Shown here: positions 1 to 8,487 of the stretch, one piece after another
How positions within the stretch are numbered: the first letter of the stretch is position 1
Layout of the letters: each line of letters opens with the position of its first letter
Virus record (IMG/VR): IMGVR_UViG_3300036453_000012
Location: 1-64,000 of that record
Source of the DNA: a virus
Lineage: Duplodnaviria > Caudoviricetes
DNA length: 64,000 nt
Direction: 5' to 3' (one strand)
The notes under the pieces: generated by a model
The model's input: the letters and a program-made list of their open reading frames with translations, nothing else
Told to the model about the DNA's origin: nothing
Database searches by the model: none
Position numbers and translations under genes: made by a program

Positions 1-345
1 TGTCCGGTATTTAGAATTCCTATATATATATATATATTTTATAAATATCAAGTATGTTATAAATACATAAACGGACGCTCAGTTGGACAAACTGTAAAGT
101 AGGGTTTTATTTTTTTATTTTTTTTTTAGAGCAACTTTGGCAAAAGGTAGTCTAGTTGGGGAAAATTCCAGGACTCCAGGACAAATTATTCAGATCCCCA
201 ATAGACACTAGTACTATTTCTTAAAATTCTGTCCTGTTTTTATTATTGGAAAACAGGACAGTCAATAGGTATTGGATAATCAGTTGTCCTGGTTTTCAGG
301 ACAATAGGACAAATCCAGGACAATTTGGTAAATCCGGGACAAATA
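1..345. repeat. AT-rich region with iteron-like GGACA/TGTCC repeats; putative replication origin or genome-end region
   Basis: (TA)8 at 21-36 and T-tracts at 105-127. GGACA(A) at 85, 179, 256, 299, 307, 318 and 337; inverse TGTCC at 1, 230 and 286. 12-bp inverted repeat CTGTCCTGTTTT/AAAACAGGACAG at 229-261. No ORF. Confidence 0.45.
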
Positions 346-366
346 GAGATTTTGAGCAATCCTAGA

Positions 367-395
367 TTCAACATTCCCTAGTTTTGTGGTATAAG
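367..395 (+). promoter_or_regulatory. Phage bipartite promoter TTCAA-N15-TGGTATAAG driving the RT operon
   Basis: Matches a motif found 12-13 times in the window upstream of gene islands. Confidence 0.75.
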
Positions 396-462
396 AATAT
401 TGCAGAAGATCGCAAGCCTATCTTTTTATAAGACCCCTAAGCTGGGATCCTCTAAAACAACC

Positions 463-633
463 ATGGCACAAATAATTGACATCATTCGATTCTGTATGGA
501 TCTAGGCTTAGCCGCTATTAAACTTCTTCAATTTGCTATTCAGGTATACTATGAATTTATAGGAAACCAAACAGAGATAGTTTCTGAAGAAGTAGATGAT
601 ACGGAGGTCCCTACGGATTTGACCACAGCGTAG
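463..633 (+). CDS. Small hypothetical protein (56 aa, hydrophobic core, acidic tail); may instead be non-coding leader
   Basis: ATG at 463 within track ORF 400..633; no clear SD. Confidence 0.4.
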   Translation: MAQIIDIIRFCMDLGLAAIKLLQFAIQVYYEFIGNQTEIVSEEVDDTEVPTDLTTA

Positions 634-660
634 TTAGTAACTAACTACAGAAAGGATTAC

Positions 661-1191
661 GTGAGTATTTTCGATTTACCGGAGCCAAAATATACTACTC
701 CACGAATGAGTACTCCGACTCTGGAGCTCAAGAATAAATATTATGCTGTTACCGACGGTACAGTTTTTAGCTATTATCCGGTTACGTTCGAAGACCCGGA
801 TTCAAATCCAAGCCTAATACGGCTTATCAAATCCCCTCCGCTATTGCTAGAGGGATACATCATAGTAGCTAAAAAAATCTATCAAGTAACAACACAAGAT
901 TTATTTCGTAAAATCATTCGCAAGTCTAGACTTGTAACTCTGGAGAGTATCAATGGAAGTTCCATCAACGCCCTTAGTAGCATCCCCTACTCCACTGATT
1001 CTATCACCTCTGCTAGAGAAACCCTTCAACATCTCAACCAATCAAGAGCTAACTCAGCTACTGAATTGGAAGTCAGCCAAGCTATTAACTCTGCTTGGGA
1101 AAACCAAATCGGAACATTACTCAATCTTGAGAATGAGGAAGAGGGGATCTTCTCAGAAGCCTGGGAAATTGAGAATATTACACAATCCTGA
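661..1191 (+). CDS. Hypothetical protein upstream of and overlapping the RT (candidate RT partner)
   Basis: GTG start with AAGGA SD; 176 aa; last 80 codons overlap the RT in another frame. Confidence 0.6.
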   Translation: MSIFDLPEPKYTTPRMSTPTLELKNKYYAVTDGTVFSYYPVTFEDPDSNPSLIRLIKSPPLLLEGYIIVAKKIYQVTTQDLFRKIIRKSRLVTLESINGSSINALSSIPYSTDSITSARETLQHLNQSRANSATELEVSQAINSAWENQIGTLLNLENEEEGIFSEAWEIENITQS

Positions 1192-2101
1192 TGGAGTAAT
1201 GCGCGCTGTGCAATTCAAGATACTTAAACTTATACTTGAAAAAATTGAGGTACCAGACTACATCTTTGCATTTGAGATAGGTCGAAGTATTCCAGATATG
1301 GCTGCACAGCATGTAGATAAAAAGGTGGTGGTAAGTCTAGATATTCAAAACTTCTTTCCAAGTATCAAACAAGTCCACCTTAATGCATTATTTAAGAATA
1401 TAGGCTTCGGGGAAAAAGCAGCAACGACTTTATCAGAGTTATGTACTTATAAATCGTTTGTTCCTCAAGGAGCTCTGACTTCCCCAAAACTTAGTAATAT
1501 AGTAACCATGATGACCTTCGCCCCGGCTGTGCAAGAATACTGTACAAGTATGGGGTATACCCTAAGCATCTACGCTGACGACTTAGTTATATCGTCTACG
1601 GAGAGCATGGATGGGTTAGAAGGTAGAGGTACCATACCTCATCTCATAGAGGTAGTCAGACGAGCTATCGGTAAGTTCGGGTTTCGCCTAAACAAAGACA
1701 AGATAAAGATCATGTACCCTCATCAGCGTCAATGGGTATGCGGGGCTGTTGTAAATCGTAAAGTAAACATGAGGAGGTCGGAACGCAATACCTTACGAGC
1801 TATTGTTCATAATTCTGGCAAGAACGGATTAGAAGTTGAGGCATCTAAAAATGGGGTTACAACAGATCAATTTACTTCCAAGATTATGGGTCGATTAAAT
1901 TGGTTTGCTCAACTTAATCCAGAAGCAGGAAACGCAATGAAAGATATATTTAAACAAGTCGCTTCGGATCCCATAATGTACCCAAGCGCCGAGACTGTAG
2001 ACGTAAAAACCAATGCGCCGTTGGACAGTCTACTACCAGGAGGTATCACAGATCCTTCAGCTGTACTTATAGTACAGGATGTCGTTTCTCCTCCGTGGTA
2101 A
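953..2101 (+). CDS. Retron-type reverse transcriptase
   Basis: Motifs FAFEIGRS, AAQH (region X variant), LDIQNFFPSI, VPQGALTSPKLSN, YADD, GFRLNKDK and VCG (region Y VTG variant); thumb LRAIVHN...GRLNWFAQLNP; GGAG SD 7 nt upstream. Confidence 0.92.
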   Translation: MEVPSTPLVASPTPLILSPLLEKPFNISTNQELTQLLNWKSAKLLTLLGKTKSEHYSILRMRKRGSSQKPGKLRILHNPDGVMRAVQFKILKLILEKIEVPDYIFAFEIGRSIPDMAAQHVDKKVVVSLDIQNFFPSIKQVHLNALFKNIGFGEKAATTLSELCTYKSFVPQGALTSPKLSNIVTMMTFAPAVQEYCTSMGYTLSIYADDLVISSTESMDGLEGRGTIPHLIEVVRRAIGKFGFRLNKDKIKIMYPHQRQWVCGAVVNRKVNMRRSERNTLRAIVHNSGKNGLEVEASKNGVTTDQFTSKIMGRLNWFAQLNPEAGNAMKDIFKQVASDPIMYPSAETVDVKTNAPLDSLLPGGITDPSAVLIVQDVVSPPW

Positions 2102-2181
2102 GTAAACGAACTAAAAAGTAGGCTTATTAATACCTTAGGATTTCCCCAGCTTGGACTAAGGTAGTATTACAGAAGTAAGTA

Positions 2182-2221
2182 GGGTTACTAGAAAAGCCAT
2201 ATTCTAGTAGCCTTATTTTTT
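2182..2221 (+). terminator. Intrinsic terminator after the RT
   Basis: 12-bp stem GGGTTACTAGAA/TTCTAGTAGCCT followed by TATTTTTT. Confidence 0.65.
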
Positions 2222-2235
2222 AGGTCCTTATTGGT

Positions 2236-2265
2236 TTCAATAAAATTAGAGTTTGTTGGTATAAG
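2236..2265 (+). promoter_or_regulatory. Phage bipartite promoter
   Basis: TTCAA-N16-TGGTATAAG. Confidence 0.75.
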
Positions 2266-2314
2266 TACGGTGTAGAGATACTTACTTTTATAATTTAACT
2301 AAAGGAAATGAACC

Positions 2315-2725
2315 ATGAAAACACTGCACGATACTGTAATGGAAATGAGGCACATGGATGACATCGATAGAATGTCACCGTACACTCTGGTGTGTGTCAT
2401 CAGCAATGCACTGTTTCACATGCAGCAAGACATTCCGCCAGTCAAGGATATACCTGAAGAGATTACTGAACCGAACAGCAATATTCCTGCCTGGGAGAGG
2501 GACCAGTATGCCAAGTTCAGGAAGTGGGAAGAGACAGCCAACAAGAAATCTCCTTGGGAATGCTGGATTTCTGCTGCTCGACAAAACACAAGTCAGCGCA
2601 AAATAGGGGACATGGCTGAACTCAGTATGCGCAAATCAGACTACATTGAGTACCTGAGGGACTGCATTAACTGCTGTAGCGACCTGACCGTGGACACCCA
2701 AACAGAATTCGAGGCAAGACCATGA
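2315..2725 (+). CDS. Hypothetical protein
   Basis: 136 aa; AAGGA SD; first gene after promoter. Confidence 0.7.
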   Translation: MKTLHDTVMEMRHMDDIDRMSPYTLVCVISNALFHMQQDIPPVKDIPEEITEPNSNIPAWERDQYAKFRKWEETANKKSPWECWISAARQNTSQRKIGDMAELSMRKSDYIEYLRDCINCCSDLTVDTQTEFEARP

Positions 2726-3711
2726 ATACAGAAGAACAATCCATTAGTTACAATAAAGGTTTTACGACAGGTATTAACTGGAAGGACTCCTGGACTCCTG
2801 GGGGACCTCTTGTGTATTCTGCTAGAGGTAGCAAAATCAAGGAGAGGATGGAGAGAGAAAAGATTAGTAGATTAGACGCTGCTAATTGGAAGAGGGGATT
2901 TAACGAGGGTATTGCTAAGAGAGATACTATTAAGGAAGAACAACGCGCTGCTTTTGAAGATTGGAACTCGTATAGTCTAGCTGCATTTAAACAGACTGCA
3001 TGGTCGGCCTGGCAGGCGTCTCATGAATATAAGGAGACTGAACTGAAGAAAGCACTTTCTTACGAAGCCCTACTCAAACTAGCCCATGCACAGCTTGATC
3101 TGGAAAGGAAACGAGTAGAGCTATTGGAAGCAGCCAGTGATGCAAAGTCAGTTATCATCAAGAAGCTTCTCAAAGAAGCTGAGGAGAGGGCCTCGGCAGT
3201 CGTTACTCAAAACCTTATTAATAGAGATGGGAGGATGTCTAATACTATGCGCGAGTTAATTATTGGTATGTCTATTTCCGTGGATGTATCTACCTGTGAT
3301 GAAGACTCCTTGCACAGATACTTCGGGGTTGTGAGTGAGGTTATGGACGACGATGGCGATAAACACGGCGTGATAATACTAGCGTGCGACGCAGTACCAA
3401 ACTTCACTGTAAAGCCTATTGATCAAGAACCGGTGGCGGTGAGTATTGACTCTCTGGAATTTCGCATTGTTATTCAAGACTATATCAGCGACAATGCAAC
3501 TCCGCAGGACCTGATACTAAAAATCGACCAGCACTGCGCCGCCCAGGTAGCAGATGTTACGGGGGAGTGCAACAAAACCTTAGCACTATCCCAAGTGATA
3601 GTTGACGATGTGATAAAAACTTGTGCCGACCTCCGGGCACAGCTGGCTCAGGCACTGGCTACGAATAGTGATGCGAAAAAATATGTCACCAAAGGTAGTT
3701 CCCTATCTTAA
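2722..3711 (+). CDS. Hypothetical protein with coiled-coil segments, mosaic of small phage domains
   Basis: 329 aa; ATGA overlap with previous gene. Confidence 0.7.
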   Translation: MNTEEQSISYNKGFTTGINWKDSWTPGGPLVYSARGSKIKERMEREKISRLDAANWKRGFNEGIAKRDTIKEEQRAAFEDWNSYSLAAFKQTAWSAWQASHEYKETELKKALSYEALLKLAHAQLDLERKRVELLEAASDAKSVIIKKLLKEAEERASAVVTQNLINRDGRMSNTMRELIIGMSISVDVSTCDEDSLHRYFGVVSEVMDDDGDKHGVIILACDAVPNFTVKPIDQEPVAVSIDSLEFRIVIQDYISDNATPQDLILKIDQHCAAQVADVTGECNKTLALSQVIVDDVIKTCADLRAQLAQALATNSDAKKYVTKGSSLS

Positions 3712-3786
3712 CCAGAGCAATTCTCCCGGTCGTGAGAAGGATGCACGTAATATGCTTATAACAGCAGTACCTACTGAAAGAATCTT

Positions 3787-4104
3787 ATGACTACCCTTGA
3801 GATATTAAAAGCAGGACGGGCAAAAATTGCAAAGAAGGAGAACTTTGTAAAAGGACACTATGCCCTTGATAGTGAGGGCATGGATGTACTCCCTATGAGT
3901 TCAGAGGCTTGTAGGTTTTGCTCTGAAGGTGCCATTCATGCCAGCGTAAGATTGGAGGATCACCGTTATAAAGATTACGCTTTAGCTGCCTTGAAGGAAG
4001 AAATGTTAGAGGGTATTATTACGTTCAATGATAGTCACACTCATGCCGAAGTTCTAAATGCATGGGATAGGGCAATTACTAAACACGAGATAGAAACTAA
4101 TTAA
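3787..4104 (+). CDS. Small phage protein, DUF6197-like
   Basis: Pattern of CRFCSEGAI and ITFNDSHTHAEVLNAWDRAI. Confidence 0.55.
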   Translation: MTTLEILKAGRAKIAKKENFVKGHYALDSEGMDVLPMSSEACRFCSEGAIHASVRLEDHRYKDYALAALKEEMLEGIITFNDSHTHAEVLNAWDRAITKHEIETN

Positions 4105-4121
4105 CCAGACTAAGGATTATT

Positions 4122-4232
4122 ATGGACGCAGAAAGTATTCGAGCATTAGGGATATATTTTTTCATACCTATACTGATGGCAGTACTAGGTGTAGTTTTTC
4201 TATACTTTATATACAAGGTGGGTACAGAATGA
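4122..4232 (+). CDS. 36-aa single-pass membrane peptide (not in ORF track)
   Basis: MDAESIRALGIYFFIPILMAVLGVVFLYFIYKVGTE; AAGGA SD; stop overlaps next ATG. Confidence 0.6.
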   Translation: MDAESIRALGIYFFIPILMAVLGVVFLYFIYKVGTE

Positions 4233-4438
4233 GTGTAGAGACGAAAGTTGCGCAGTACCGGGGTAGATTCTATGAAGTACCCACCTGGTCTAAATATATA
4301 GCCGCTGATCTAGATGGTGACATTCACGCTTACGAACAGAATCCTGAATGGAAAGGTTACCGATATAGTTCTACCGGGGGGAAGTTTAGCCTAGTAAATG
4401 CGAAAGATTCCTCTCAACCCCCTTGTCAAGCCCTCTAA
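4229..4438 (+). CDS. Small phage protein, paralog of 10450..10659
   Basis: PTWSKYIAADLDGDIHAYEQNP motif. Confidence 0.65.
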   Translation: MSVETKVAQYRGRFYEVPTWSKYIAADLDGDIHAYEQNPEWKGYRYSSTGGKFSLVNAKDSSQPPCQAL

Positions 4439-4452
4439 TTTAAGGATATTAA

Positions 4453-4950
4453 ATGATTATCACATTAGACAGTATTAAAGAAGCGCAGGCCAATCTTGAA
4501 AAAATGATTGCCAAGTTTGAAGTCCAAAAAAAAGATCGTATATTGGTACTACCTTATCAAGAGATCAAGCTTACCCACGGGGAGACCTACTCGGGCGTCC
4601 TCCTAGGAAAAGATATGGCAGCTAGTCATCACCTCATCTTGATAGGCGACGCAGCAGAGAATATTAACTGGGTGTATGCTCAAGCATGGGCCTTGACAGT
4701 AGGGGGTGAACTACCTACTAGACGAGAACAGGCACTGTTATATGCGAACCTGAAAGAGGAATTCAAGCTGAACTATTACTGGTCCTGCGAGCAGCACGCC
4801 ACCGAGTCCGGATATGCCTGGACTCGTCACTTCGGCCACTGCGGAGAGGGTGACATCTCCAAGTCGTACCAGCGCCAAGCCCGTGCAGTTCGACGTATTC
4901 CTGTTATTCAGCCTTTACAAATTCAACAACCGCCCTATTTATTGGTATAA
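4453..4950 (+). CDS. DUF1566 (C-type-lectin-like fold) protein
   Basis: ELPTRREQALL, YYWS, AW..HF and ARAVRR motifs. Confidence 0.75.
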   Translation: MIITLDSIKEAQANLEKMIAKFEVQKKDRILVLPYQEIKLTHGETYSGVLLGKDMAASHHLILIGDAAENINWVYAQAWALTVGGELPTRREQALLYANLKEEFKLNYYWSCEQHATESGYAWTRHFGHCGEGDISKSYQRQARAVRRIPVIQPLQIQQPPYLLV

Positions 4951-4951
4951 G
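4922..4951 (+). promoter_or_regulatory. Phage bipartite promoter
   Basis: TTCAA-N16-TGGTATAAG followed by GTAGA-GAAA-TCTAT hairpin. Confidence 0.75.
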
Positions 4952-5048
4952 AGAAGTGTAGAGAAATCTATAACAAATCATAGCCTCAAAAAGGCTATGC
5001 TTAATTTACCCTACGGTTAAAACCCGAAATAAACTTAGGAATAACAAA

Positions 5049-7088
5049 ATGTCCGACTTCACTAACTTCGCAGCACTTGTCAAAGCACAATTCACCTTGA
5101 TGTCCAAGGGGGAACTCTTTCGCGTAGGGTTGTCTACCGTAGAGAATCCCTTAGAAGTAGCTAATCTCCCAGATCTTATTTGGAGTATGTACCTAGAAGC
5201 CTTCCCTGAAGGAACTAATCCTATCTATCGGGAACGCACGGAGCACGACTGCTCCTGCTGCAGGAGCTTCATAAGACATATCGGGAATGTGGTTAGTATC
5301 GTTGACGGTACGCTCGTATCCATTTGGGATATCGAAACGGATGACGCTACATATAAGGTCGTTTCGAAAACTTTATCGGATTATGTCAAATCTTGGCCAA
5401 TTACATCCTTGTTCCGAGTGTCTGATCTCAAGTATGGGGCGCTGACCAGCAAGGAACTCTTGGATAGCGGAGTGGTAAAAACCTGGAATCATTTTCAGGC
5501 GGACATCCATCTGCGGCATTACACACAAGACGTAGGATCTATCTGTGGAAGCTATGCTACCACTGCCCAAGTATTTGAACGCGGATTGAAGGAGCTCACC
5601 AAAGAATCCTTTACCACGGCTATCGAATTGATAGAATCCAATAACCTTTATCGTGGGGAAGAGTTCCTACCCTCCCTCAAGGCGTTTCAAGAACTTCAGA
5701 GTGCGTGGAGCCTCTTAGCCAATGATTCAGATTCTAATAACTTTATCTGGGCCAACTCCGGTAACCCTGTTTCTCGCTTTCGTAACACTGCCATCGGCAC
5801 GTTTATCCAGGACTTATCGGAAGGTTATGATTTGGTGGATGCGGTAAAGTCATTCGAAATAAAAGTAGCTCCTACAAACTATAAACGGCCTACTGCGTTG
5901 ATTACCCCGGGTATGGTCAAATCAGCTTTGAGTACGATCCAAGAACTGGGTTTGGAACAGGCTTTGGAGCGTCGCTTTGCCAAGATCTCGGATATCACTA
6001 TCAATAATGTACTATGGGCGGATGGCTCGGTACAGGATAAGATGAAGGGTGGATTGGAAAGCCTGCTCCTAGGCTCTGTAACGGCCCCTATGAAGGACTT
6101 GACAAGCAAGGCTGTGAACATTACCATCGAAGAGTTCATGGCCACTGTGGCACCCCAGGCGACCTCTATGGACCTACTGTTTAAAAACGGTATGCAATCT
6201 AACCTTATGAGTCTGACTGCGCCAGTCCACGAGGACAGTAAGAAGTTGTTCAAGTGGGGTAATGATTTTGCATGGTCTTACTCTGGTAACATCACGGACT
6301 CTATCAAGGAGCGAGTAAAACGTGCGGGGGGTAAAGTCGATGCAGTTCTTCGGGTTTCCCTGGCTTGGTTCAACCATGACGATTTGGATATTCAAGTTAT
6401 TGAGCCTGATCAAAATCTGATCAGCTTTCGGAGTAAGGTTAGCTCTTATGGAGCTCTTGACGTAGATATGAATGCGGGGGTAGGTACTACGCGGGAGCCT
6501 GTCGAGAACGTTACTTGGCACCATCCGCAAGATGGGGTGTACACTGTGAGAGTGAACAATTGGAGCAAACGAAATACTGCTGACGTAGGTTTCGTTATTG
6601 AAGTCGAAAACGAGGGTGTTATTCGACAATTCACCCATACAAAAGATGTACGCAATGGTGAAACAGTTACAGTCGGTACTATTAAAGTATCCGGTGGTAA
6701 AATTTTGAGTATTATCTTCTCTCAAGACATGGCTTGGGGTAATGCAAGTAAAGACGTATGGGGTATTCAAACCGAGAAATTGGTCAAGGTAAACACCCTC
6801 CTACAAAGTCCTAATCACTGGGATAAAAATGCTACCGGTAATAAACATTGGTTCTTTATTCTGGATCAGTGCAAAACCGACGAACCCACTCGTGGTATTT
6901 ATAATGAGTTCTTAAGCTCAGATCTGGAGGGGCACAGAAAGGTGTTTGAGGTACTTGGTAATAAAACACAGTGCCAACCTACTGAGGACCAACTCAGCGG
7001 GATTGGTTTTTCATCAACACGTAAAGATAGTGTACTGGTCAATGTGACAGGCGCTAAAAAACGTGGTACGTTCAACGTAACATTTTAA
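5049..7088 (+). CDS. Conserved large phage protein with HDCSCC motif and a YfaP/DUF2135-like domain
   Basis: 679 aa; EHDCSCCRSFI; LRVSLAWFNHDDLDIQVIEP...GALDVDMNAG. Confidence 0.6.
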   Translation: MSDFTNFAALVKAQFTLMSKGELFRVGLSTVENPLEVANLPDLIWSMYLEAFPEGTNPIYRERTEHDCSCCRSFIRHIGNVVSIVDGTLVSIWDIETDDATYKVVSKTLSDYVKSWPITSLFRVSDLKYGALTSKELLDSGVVKTWNHFQADIHLRHYTQDVGSICGSYATTAQVFERGLKELTKESFTTAIELIESNNLYRGEEFLPSLKAFQELQSAWSLLANDSDSNNFIWANSGNPVSRFRNTAIGTFIQDLSEGYDLVDAVKSFEIKVAPTNYKRPTALITPGMVKSALSTIQELGLEQALERRFAKISDITINNVLWADGSVQDKMKGGLESLLLGSVTAPMKDLTSKAVNITIEEFMATVAPQATSMDLLFKNGMQSNLMSLTAPVHEDSKKLFKWGNDFAWSYSGNITDSIKERVKRAGGKVDAVLRVSLAWFNHDDLDIQVIEPDQNLISFRSKVSSYGALDVDMNAGVGTTREPVENVTWHHPQDGVYTVRVNNWSKRNTADVGFVIEVENEGVIRQFTHTKDVRNGETVTVGTIKVSGGKILSIIFSQDMAWGNASKDVWGIQTEKLVKVNTLLQSPNHWDKNATGNKHWFFILDQCKTDEPTRGIYNEFLSSDLEGHRKVFEVLGNKTQCQPTEDQLSGIGFSSTRKDSVLVNVTGAKKRGTFNVTF

Positions 7089-7107
7089 TTAACTCAAAGG
7101 AAACATC

Positions 7108-7515
7108 ATGACTATCAATATCTTCGAATCAGCATCCAAAACTCAACTTCGTTTTCAATCGAACAAAGGTCTGCTCTCCACGGAGGATTTGTGGAACCTG
7201 CCACTCACCAGCAAGTCCAACTTCGATTTGGATACTCTCGCAAAGTATGTCTTTGCGGAACTCAAGGCTACAGAGGAGGGTAGCTTTGTATCTGTAAAGA
7301 CTAATCCGGCTAAAGCGGTACTCGAACTGAAACTGGAAATTCTCAAGCATATCATCGCTGTTAAGATTCAGGATGCCGCTAACGCATCCGCGATGAGTTC
7401 CCGTAAACAAGAGCATGATAAGTTGCTAGGCCTTCTTGAGCGTAAGCAAGACCAGGCTTTGGGTGAACTTACCGAAGCAGAGATTCTGGCCAAGATTGCT
7501 GCGCTGAATAACTAA
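7108..7515 (+). CDS. Helical phage protein following the 679-aa gene
   Basis: 135 aa; LRFQSNKGLLSTEDLWNLPL; AAGGA SD. Confidence 0.7.
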   Translation: MTINIFESASKTQLRFQSNKGLLSTEDLWNLPLTSKSNFDLDTLAKYVFAELKATEEGSFVSVKTNPAKAVLELKLEILKHIIAVKIQDAANASAMSSRKQEHDKLLGLLERKQDQALGELTEAEILAKIAALNN

Positions 7516-7536
7516 GCAAAGCAGGTAGTATTTATA

Positions 7537-7559
7537 GGAGGGGCTTTCCCCTCTTTTTT
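7537..7559 (+). terminator. Intrinsic terminator
   Basis: GAGGGG-CTTT-CCCCTC plus T6. Confidence 0.75.
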
Positions 7560-7585
7560 GTTAGACAATTTAAGGCTAGTTAAAT

Positions 7586-8107
7586 ATGAATAACCCTGAA
7601 CAAGTTATCGGAATTTCCACGTCAAATTTTACCAATACGCTTCCTATCTGGGCCATTCGAAATCCAGATCCTACCTGCCTAGAGATCGGGGGCAACCTTC
7701 CGACTCGTGATGGTCGCCGAACGGGTAACGCTTATATTATAAATATAATAGAGGGGGCCTCATATGACAAAAGTCCCCTCCATATTGTGCTAACCGACGC
7801 CGGTAATACTTTGAAACTGACGAAGGGTGAAGTTGAAGAACTTTTCTGGCCGTCAACTTGGATAAGCACGGTAAGGGAGATTATGGCCAAGTTCGGTCCT
7901 AGAAAATCAACACCAGATGCATACTTGGTCCCTAGTATTTTGAGCTTTAAAGGATCCGCTAGAACCAGTTGCCCTAAAGACCTCCAGGCCTCCATAGAAG
8001 GTACTGTAATGTGGAGTGCTGAGATTTGTTGCGACTCAGATGGAGTAGTGGATAAACACGGAGTAACTCACTTACCTAAACCTTTATTTACCAACCATCA
8101 GGATTAA
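7586..8107 (+). CDS. Hypothetical protein
   Basis: 173 aa ORF in co-oriented cluster. Confidence 0.65.
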   Translation: MNNPEQVIGISTSNFTNTLPIWAIRNPDPTCLEIGGNLPTRDGRRTGNAYIINIIEGASYDKSPLHIVLTDAGNTLKLTKGEVEELFWPSTWISTVREIMAKFGPRKSTPDAYLVPSILSFKGSARTSCPKDLQASIEGTVMWSAEICCDSDGVVDKHGVTHLPKPLFTNHQD

Positions 8108-8109
8108 TT

Positions 8110-8487
8110 ATGACCGCTCAAGAAATCTTCGATAAAGTTAGTCGTCATCTCATTACTCAAGGTCAACAGTCCTTTCTACCTGAGGACTTCAGTTCCCAAA
8201 ATCTCAATGGATGTGCTTACAGAGGGATTGAAGGTCGAATGTGCGCCGCAGGGTGTTTGATATCTGATGAGTTTTACTGCTTAGATATGGAGGGAAAAAC
8301 GTTCAGGACTATACTGCCTCTTCTTCCAAAGTATCTAAGGGATACTGAGGAGCTGATATCTGACCTTCAACTAGTGCATGACTCCGATGCTAACTTTGGC
8401 GCCAAAAAACTATTAAAGTCTAGTCTTCGTGGTGTGGCTAGTACCTACCGTCTTTCCCTAATTGAGGAGTTGCGAGATGAAAATTAA
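8110..8487 (+). CDS. Small phage protein, paralog of 8875..9258
   Basis: QEIFDKVSRHLITQG...CAYRG...MCAAGCLI..E.Y...MEGK. Confidence 0.75.
   Translation: MTAQEIFDKVSRHLITQGQQSFLPEDFSSQNLNGCAYRGIEGRMCAAGCLISDEFYCLDMEGKTFRTILPLLPKYLRDTEELISDLQLVHDSDANFGAKKLLKSSLRGVASTYRLSLIEELRDEN

Noticed and set aside
918-933. 14-bp palindrome CAAGTCTAGACTTG near the RT start as an operator or msd
   Set aside because: Single occurrence inside a coding region with no supporting context
953-2223. Group II intron
   Set aside because: No maturase X or endonuclease domain, no domain V hairpin, and no interrupted host gene
953-4950. Diversity-generating retroelement (RT near a DUF1566 C-type-lectin-fold gene)
   Set aside because: The RT has retron rather than DGR signatures. 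By eye I found no template repeat of the DUF1566 3-prime region with adenine-specific mismatches and no avd-like gene.
5373-6770. Antisense ORFs inside the 679-aa gene, and likewise 16981..17925, 26501..30052 and 46599..47828
   Set aside because: Shadow ORFs opposite well-supported genes, with no SD or motifs
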